A DNA stretch of 64,000 nucleotides from Candidatus Limnocylindrus sp. (lineage in GTDB: Bacteria; Chloroflexota; Limnocylindria; Limnocylindrales; Limnocylindraceae). A program made the translations under genes and the position numbers. Below, piece after piece: positions 57,824 through 64,000 of the stretch. The stretch's first letter is position 1. Each line of letters starts with the position of its first letter. The notes under the pieces were generated by a model. The model saw only the letters and a list, made by a program, of their open reading frames with translations. It did not search any database and had not been told where the DNA came from. The stretch is from positions 8,854 to 72,853 of the forward strand of contig JBBAWH010000006.1 in NCBI GenBank assembly GCA_040397235.1, read 5' to 3'.

Positions 57824-59104
57824 ATGACCACCAAGCCGTACGACGTCAACGCGATTCGCGCACGATTCCCATCGCTCGCGAACGCCCTCCCCGACGGTCG
57901 GCCGATCAGCTTCCTCGATGGCCCGGCGGGGACACAGGTGCCGCAGTCGGTGATTGATGCGTATCGCGACTTCTTCTTGCACTCCAACGCTAACTCCGGC
58001 GGCGTCTTCATCACCTCACAACGGCAGCAACTCGTTGAAGATGCGGCGCACCGTGCAGCCGAAGATCTGCTGAATGCGCCGAAGGAGACGGTGAAGTTCG
58101 GCGCGAACATGTCGACGCTCAACTTCCAGCTCTCCCGATCGCTGGCGAAGAGCCTGAAGCCCGGCGATGAGGTGATCGTTTCGCAGCTCGATCACGATGC
58201 GAACTACAGCCCGTGGCTCTGGCTCGCCGAAGACTTCGGTCTCACCCTGAAGGTCATTCCGATCCGTACCAGCGATGCCACCCTCGACATTGAGGCGTAC
58301 GCAGCGCTGCGCTCACCACGCACCAAGATCGTTGCGGTCGGCATGTCGTCCAACGCCGTCGGCACCATCAACCCGTCTAAGGAGATCGTGCGTCTCGCCC
58401 ATGAGGTTGGTGCGCTCACGGTGCTCGACGCGGTCTGCTCCGCGCCGCACTACCCAATTGATGTGCAGGCGCTCGACACCGACTTCCTGCTCTGCTCCCC
58501 GTATAAGTTCTACGGGCCGCATGCAGGGCTCCTCTACGGGAAGTTGCCGCTCCTCGAGCGCTTCGGTCGATATAAGGTGCGCCCCGCCCACGATCTCTGG
58601 GAGACGGGGACCCCAAGCTTTGAAGGCATGGCGGGAACAACGGCATCGATCGACCACCTCGCCTGGATCGGCCGCGAGTTTGGGCACACGGGCGCACCAA
58701 CACCACTGACCGGCCGCCGAGCCGAGATTCGTGCGGGCCTGCAGGCGATCACCCTCTACGAGCGCGAACTGATCGTGCACCTGCTCGACCGACTCGCCGA
58801 GATCCCCGGGGTCAAGGTCTACGGGATCACCGACCGCGATCAGCTTGACCACCGCACCTCGATCGTCTCGTTCACGATGGAGTGGGCCACCCCAACCGAA
58901 GCGGCAACGCACCTTGGCGCAGACGGAATTCAGGTGTGGGATGGCGACTTCTACGCCGTGAATCCAGTTGCGGCACTCGGCCTTACCGAGCGCGGTGGCC
59001 TGCTTCGCGTTGGCCTCATGTCGTACAACACCGCCGAAGAGGTCGACCACCTCATTAGTTCGCTCAAGGAACTCGCAAAGGCGAGCGGAGTGCAGATCGG
59101 CTGA
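57824..59104 (+). CDS. Cysteine desulfurase-like PLP enzyme (class V aminotransferase)
   Basis: FLDGPAGTQVP, LDHDAN..PW, CSPYKFYGPH, ETGT. Confidence 0.88.
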   Translation: MTTKPYDVNAIRARFPSLANALPDGRPISFLDGPAGTQVPQSVIDAYRDFFLHSNANSGGVFITSQRQQLVEDAAHRAAEDLLNAPKETVKFGANMSTLNFQLSRSLAKSLKPGDEVIVSQLDHDANYSPWLWLAEDFGLTLKVIPIRTSDATLDIEAYAALRSPRTKIVAVGMSSNAVGTINPSKEIVRLAHEVGALTVLDAVCSAPHYPIDVQALDTDFLLCSPYKFYGPHAGLLYGKLPLLERFGRYKVRPAHDLWETGTPSFEGMAGTTASIDHLAWIGREFGHTGAPTPLTGRRAEIRAGLQAITLYERELIVHLLDRLAEIPGVKVYGITDRDQLDHRTSIVSFTMEWATPTEAATHLGADGIQVWDGDFYAVNPVAALGLTERGGLLRVGLMSYNTAEEVDHLISSLKELAKASGVQIG

Positions 59105-59829
59105 TGAGCGCGCCGCTCATCCTCATCACCGTTGCGGATCATGACGAGCCTGGTGACGCTGCACCAATCCACCTGATCAACGCACGCTACGCCGACGGCG
59201 TGCGACGCGCTGGCGGCATTCCGATTCTGATGAGCGCCAACGCCAACGAAGAGCAGCGCGCAACCGCATTTGCCACGATGGATGGCTTACTCCTTTCGGG
59301 TGGTGCTGATATCGACCCCGCCCGTTACAACGAACCCGTCGATGGCGCCATCGGCATTGAGCCGGCGCGCGATGCACTGGAGTGGACGGCGCTCGACGCC
59401 GCCGATCGTCGCGGCATTCCCGTGTTTGGCATCTGCCGTGGACTGCAGTTCTTGAATGTGCATCGCGGCGGTTCGCTGCTGCAGCATGTGGAGGGGCAGG
59501 TCGGCGCGGCGTATCCGGCAACACCAGCGCTCTCGCATCCGCTCGACGTGCAGGGTGGCACCAAGCTGGCGCAGATCCTCGGCGATCGCACCACACCACT
59601 CGCGGTGAACAGCTACCACCATCAGGCGGTGAGCCCAGAGCGACTCGCGCCCACGTTGCGCGCTTCAGCCTTTACCGACTCGCCGCGCGGCACCCTTGTT
59701 GAGGGGCTCGAGGAGCCGGGCGAACGATTCGTGCTCGGCGTGCAGTGCCATCCCGAGCGCACCGAGAGCAGCCCCGTCGACCTGGAGCGTGTCTGGGCCG
59801 CATTCGTTGCGGCGGCACGGGGGCGTTAA
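59104..59829 (+). CDS. Gamma-glutamyl-gamma-aminobutyrate hydrolase family (peptidase C26)
   Basis: LSGGADIDP, GICRGLQ, VNSYHHQ, VQCHPE. Confidence 0.9.
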   Translation: MSAPLILITVADHDEPGDAAPIHLINARYADGVRRAGGIPILMSANANEEQRATAFATMDGLLLSGGADIDPARYNEPVDGAIGIEPARDALEWTALDAADRRGIPVFGICRGLQFLNVHRGGSLLQHVEGQVGAAYPATPALSHPLDVQGGTKLAQILGDRTTPLAVNSYHHQAVSPERLAPTLRASAFTDSPRGTLVEGLEEPGERFVLGVQCHPERTESSPVDLERVWAAFVAAARGR

Positions 59830-59876
59830 ACCTGAGGGGTACTCCCAACTGGGGGTGGAGTGGCACAATCTGAGCC

Positions 59877-60899
59877 ATGAGCAATCACTCACCTGAGGGC
59901 GACGCCGACTTCCAGAAGAGCGACCGCAGCGCCCGACTCCTGCGCACCCTGCGCTACGTGGAGGCCGCCGGCGAGGCAGGGATCCGACCGGAAGATCTCG
60001 CTAAGAAGCTCGGCGTCAGTCGCCGTACCGCCTATCGCGACCTGCAAGCGCTCGAAGCGAGTGTTGGTGTGCCGGTGTGGAACAACCTCGGCCGCTGGGG
60101 CGTCTCGCAAGAGGGGCTACTGCCAGAGCTGCGCTTTAGTAAGGACGAAGCCATCTCCGTTGTTCTTGCCGCGCGACTCCTTGCAAAGTTCTCTACCGGA
60201 TACGACCCCGAACTTGGCGCCGCGCTGATGAAGCTCGGCAGCCTGCTTGAGAATCCGCTGCGCAGCGCGGTGGAGCGCACCGTGACGCAACTCAGTCAAC
60301 TCACGACTGATAGCGATGCGCGTGATCGACTACGCCAACTCACCACCGCCTGGGTCACAGGCCGTGTCGTTGAGTTTGACTACGCACCAGCCTGGAGCAA
60401 TCCGGGGAGTAGCCGCCGCGCCCGTGTTCATCCGTATCTGATGGAGCCGTCGGCGGCCACACACACCACCTACCTTATTGGCCACGATGAGACGCGCAAC
60501 GCGCTGCGCACCTTCCGCGTGGACCGCATCAGCAACGTGCGCGTGACCACCGCAACGTTTGAGTTACCGAAAGAGGTGGAGCTTGAACGCACCCTCGCCT
60601 CTGCGTGGGACATTGTTGCCGACCAGCCACTTGAAGAGATCGTGATCCGCTTCACGAAAGAGTCGGCGCCGCGCGCGAAAGAGACGCGCTGGCATCCGTC
60701 GCAAACGATTGAAGAGCAGGCCGATGGATCGCTGATCTGGCGCGCGCGAATCTCGGGGCTGCTGGAGATTCGCGCCTGGGTGCTGACCTGGGGAGATGGA
60801 GCCGAAGTGCTGCGACCAGAGACACTTCGCGATGACATGGCGCGCACGCACAGTGCCGCCGCTGCGCGATACGGCACCGCAGCGAAGCCGAACGCGTAG
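59877..60899 (+). CDS. HTH-WYL-WCX transcriptional regulator
   Basis: LGVSRRTAYRDL, VHPYL, YLIGHD, RTFRVDRI, WVLTWG..AEVL.P. Confidence 0.92.
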   Translation: MSNHSPEGDADFQKSDRSARLLRTLRYVEAAGEAGIRPEDLAKKLGVSRRTAYRDLQALEASVGVPVWNNLGRWGVSQEGLLPELRFSKDEAISVVLAARLLAKFSTGYDPELGAALMKLGSLLENPLRSAVERTVTQLSQLTTDSDARDRLRQLTTAWVTGRVVEFDYAPAWSNPGSSRRARVHPYLMEPSAATHTTYLIGHDETRNALRTFRVDRISNVRVTTATFELPKEVELERTLASAWDIVADQPLEEIVIRFTKESAPRAKETRWHPSQTIEEQADGSLIWRARISGLLEIRAWVLTWGDGAEVLRPETLRDDMARTHSAAAARYGTAAKPNA

Positions 60900-60901
60900 C
60901 C

Positions 60902-62302
60902 ATGGACGCGGAGCAGTTCAAGGCGGTCAACCTGATCAGCGACCCGATCCACGGCTATATCGAGCTCACAAAGCGCCTCACCCCTGAGGGTGCAGCCGCC
61001 ACCGGCTACGCCACCGAGGAGGCGGCCGAAGAGGATCTGCTCGACAGCCCGTGGCTACAGCGTCTGCGCCGCATCAGCCAGCTGCAGAGTGCACGCTGGG
61101 TCTTCCCCACCGCCGAGCACAGCCGCTTCTCGCATGGCCTCGGCGTCATGCACGAGGCCGGCCTCTGGGCGCGGCACCTCTACTCGTCACTTGCGACACG
61201 ACTCACGAACGACGGCGAAACTCCACCAAGCGAAGGACTCGTCGTTGAGACGCTGCGCGTCGCTGGTCTTCTGCACGACGTTGGCCACGGGCCCTTCGCG
61301 CACTTCTTCGATCACGCCGTTCTTGAAGCCTTCCCTGCTCCAGCTGATCCGCGCCGACCGAAGGGGAAGCGCCTCGCGCATGAAGATCTCTCCGCGCTGA
61401 TCATTGAGCGCGAACTTGCGCCGATCATCACCAAGCTACGTCGTGCGCCCGGCGACTCGGCCGCGCGCGACGCGTTCGCCGCCACAGAGTCGATTGATCC
61501 ACGCTGGGTCAGCTTCCTGATCTCGAAGCCACCGCTTGAAGATGCAACAGTCCCCGCCTGGGTGCGCATCATGCAGCCGCTCCTCTCGGGCGTCTTCACC
61601 GTTGACAACCTCGACTACGTGCGACGCGATTCCTACATGACCGGCGTGCGCACTGCGGCGGTCGACGTGGAGCGACTTCGTCACTACAGCTTCATTGGCG
61701 CGCGCGGCCTCACGCTGTACGAGCCAGCGGTTGGCGCACTCGAGTCATTCCTCGGTGCGCGACAGTTCCTCTATCAGCAGGTCTACCTGCATCGCACCGT
61801 GCGCGGCATCGACCTCGACATGAAGGAGGCGTTCGCGCCAGGGATTCGCGCCATCTTTGGCGACACCTCGCCGGCCGACGACCTAGCCGCCTATTTGGAG
61901 CTCGACGAGTACACCCTGTTGCACCAGGCCGCCCGCTGGTCGCGCGGGCAAGACCTCTCGCCGAACCCGCAGCCGAAGGACGGCACCGTCACCCCCGCCG
62001 TGGCGGACGCCTGGCGCGCCGTGCTCTTCCGCAGCCCCCGCTGGCAGATGGAGGACGAGCTCCGCGCCGACTACTTTGAGGAGCCGCTCCCGCACGATCT
62101 CGCTGACCGGCTCGGTACCCCGATCCCTGGGGAGGTCGAGATCGACGTCGCCTACTGCGACCCCCGGCACGTGGAGGGTGATGCCGCCGACCGCCTGCTG
62201 GCGGTCGAAGGGCCCAACGGCCGAGAGGGGCGCCCCATCTCAAGCCTATTACTGAAACTACCTCTGTTTTCAGTGGTCGCTAGGCGCTACCGTCGCAGGT
62301 AA
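60902..62302 (+). CDS. HD-domain phosphohydrolase (SAMHD1/dNTPase-like)
   Basis: DPIHGYI, QRLRRISQL, HSRFSHGLG, LLHDVGHGPFAH, DNLDY.RRD, VYLH. Confidence 0.88.
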   Translation: MDAEQFKAVNLISDPIHGYIELTKRLTPEGAAATGYATEEAAEEDLLDSPWLQRLRRISQLQSARWVFPTAEHSRFSHGLGVMHEAGLWARHLYSSLATRLTNDGETPPSEGLVVETLRVAGLLHDVGHGPFAHFFDHAVLEAFPAPADPRRPKGKRLAHEDLSALIIERELAPIITKLRRAPGDSAARDAFAATESIDPRWVSFLISKPPLEDATVPAWVRIMQPLLSGVFTVDNLDYVRRDSYMTGVRTAAVDVERLRHYSFIGARGLTLYEPAVGALESFLGARQFLYQQVYLHRTVRGIDLDMKEAFAPGIRAIFGDTSPADDLAAYLELDEYTLLHQAARWSRGQDLSPNPQPKDGTVTPAVADAWRAVLFRSPRWQMEDELRADYFEEPLPHDLADRLGTPIPGEVEIDVAYCDPRHVEGDAADRLLAVEGPNGREGRPISSLLLKLPLFSVVARRYRRR

Positions 62303-62359
62303 GGGACCGCCCAACCCTCATTAGAGGGCTGCCTCTCCCCCAAAAGGGAGGTGCCCGCC

Positions 62360-64000
62360 ATGAGCCGCCAGTCACACACGGCAACCCCACGAGGAACCCG
62401 CCGCACGATCATTTTGATCGCGATGCTGGCAGCAGCCCTGCTCGCGCCAAGCGCGGCAGCTACAACGAGAAAGATGAATCCATTTGCAGGGCGCAGCCCA
62501 ATCGAGAGCAAGGTGCTCCTCCGCGGCGCCGACAAGAACGGCACCCTCCACCTGGTCGTTACCCTTCGCACCCCAGGCATCGGCGCACCACGCTCCGCTG
62601 GTGGTGCTGCGCAACCGTTTGCGTTGCAGGGCGCCCAGATTCGCGAGCGCATCAGCGCCCGCGCAGCAGTCACCGCTCTTGGCGGCACGGTGAATGCTGA
62701 ATACCGCTACCTCTTCAACGGACTGCGCGTTCACATTCCTGCCTCGCAGCTCGAAGCGCTTCGAGCCAACCCACACGTTGCCGACGTTCAGCTCGTGACC
62801 CGCTACAAGCGAATGACCGTCACCGGCGGCGCAGTAAGTGGCCGTGGTGGCGCAACGCCATCCAATGGTGGCGCAGCCACCGAAGTTCAGGCGAAGAACG
62901 TCTGGGCGCAGACCGCAACATCAAAGGCCGGCACCGGCTACGGCGTGAAGGTTGCCGTGATTGACACGGGTATTGACTACACCCATGACGACTTTGTCCG
63001 CAACGGCAATGTCACCTTCCCAACCGCGAAGGTCCGCGCGGGCTACGACCTTGTCGGTGATGACTACGCGCCTGGCGAGGGTGGCCTCGCTGAGTTGCCA
63101 CAGCCAGATAGCGATCCAATGGATTGCTCGATCGACGATGGTGGCGGCCACGGCACGCACGTCGCAGGCACCATTGCCGGCTACGGCATCAAGTCCAACG
63201 GCGATACCTACGGCATTGCTTCTACAGAGCGATACACGAGCACCCTCGACACTTCGACGTTCATACTTGCTCCAGGAATGGCTCCGCTTGCATCGCTGAT
63301 TGCAATTCGCGTCTTCGGTTGCGATGGATCAACAGAGCTCACCGCAGACGGCATTGAGAAGGCGGTCGCCCTTGGGGCGAAGGTGATCAATCTCTCCCTT
63401 GGCTCGCCGTACGGCATCAAGGGTGGCGCTGAACAGGCTGCGATCAACGCCGCTGAGAAGGCGGGCGTGACCGTGGTCATCGCCGCAGGAAACGACGGCG
63501 ATCAGCCGTTCCTCGTTGCCTCACCTTCTACGGAAGATGGCGCGATCTCGGTTGCCGCGCTCGATGACCGAGCGTCGTACCCAGGGGCCAAGCTCACGTT
63601 GGGCTCCGCGGTTCTTGGCGGGGCTAGCCCCGTCGCATTCTCAAACACCAATGTGTTTGATCTCACCACCTCAGTTTCAGGTTCCATTAACAGCCTGTTC
63701 ACCATCGCGGATCCAGCCGCGTATTCACTCGGGTGCCCCGCTACGGGAGATGACGGCGCTACCTACACCCCTGACTGGGCATCGGGTGATTTCACGGGCA
63801 AGATCGTTATCTTGCGCCGCGGCACCTGCACCTTCAAGGAGAAGGTGAACGCCATGATTACAGCGGGCGCCTCGGGGGTCATCATCTTGCAGCGACTGGA
63901 TGTGACCGACGGGTCATACCCTCCATTCCAGGGCGTAGATACGCCAACGGCATTGATTCCAGTACTCATGCTCGACGCGACCGGCGAGACTGCGCTCGTC
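62360..64000 (+). CDS. Secreted S8 subtilisin-like protease with propeptide and PA domain (3'-truncated by window edge)
   Basis: Signal peptide, VAVIDTGIDY, GHGTHVAG, AAGNDG, RGTCTF.EK; GGGAGG RBS; absent from the ORF track. Confidence 0.92.
   Translation, partial: MSRQSHTATPRGTRRTIILIAMLAAALLAPSAAATTRKMNPFAGRSPIESKVLLRGADKNGTLHLVVTLRTPGIGAPRSAGGAAQPFALQGAQIRERISARAAVTALGGTVNAEYRYLFNGLRVHIPASQLEALRANPHVADVQLVTRYKRMTVTGGAVSGRGGATPSNGGAATEVQAKNVWAQTATSKAGTGYGVKVAVIDTGIDYTHDDFVRNGNVTFPTAKVRAGYDLVGDDYAPGEGGLAELPQPDSDPMDCSIDDGGGHGTHVAGTIAGYGIKSNGDTYGIASTERYTSTLDTSTFILAPGMAPLASLIAIRVFGCDGSTELTADGIEKAVALGAKVINLSLGSPYGIKGGAEQAAINAAEKAGVTVVIAAGNDGDQPFLVASPSTEDGAISVAALDDRASYPGAKLTLGSAVLGGASPVAFSNTNVFDLTTSVSGSINSLFTIADPAAYSLGCPATGDDGATYTPDWASGDFTGKIVILRRGTCTFKEKVNAMITAGASGVIILQRLDVTDGSYPPFQGVDTPTALIPVLMLDATGETALV

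Overview
High-GC bacterial chromosomal window, mostly core metabolism. Gene content (split b6-type cytochrome b, blue-copper domains, cimA, many apparently leaderless genes) suggests a monoderm lineage such as Chloroflexota; this is inference only. In order it contains: a GH13 hydrolase and an aldehyde dehydrogenase; an ilvBNC-leuA-leuB-cimA-pheA operon under an unannotated leader-peptide attenuator; leuCD-ilvD-M20; MarR plus fabD-fabF-fabF; an inverted-domain photolyase with an SDR; a lower-GC 4-gene secreted-protein/ABC cassette bracketed by a duplicated copA 3' end; copA, ogt, M24, korAB, ferredoxin; oxidase accessory genes; two tRNAs; a 6-gene operon coupling a GltD/NfnB-like NAD(P)H flavo-Fe-S protein to a Rieske/cytochrome b complex with a cytochrome c-cupredoxin fusion and a Kelch membrane protein; a TPP-riboswitch thiN/ECF operon; a WYL regulator with an HD dNTPase-like gene; and a truncated S8 protease. 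The best candidates for novel biology are the NAD(P)H-linked Rieske/b complex with twin tethered cupredoxins, the integrase-less cassette at the copA 3' end, and the Leu/Ile/Val/Phe leader peptide. No CRISPR array, integrase or transposase was seen. All calls are by-eye motif recognition; no database searches were run.
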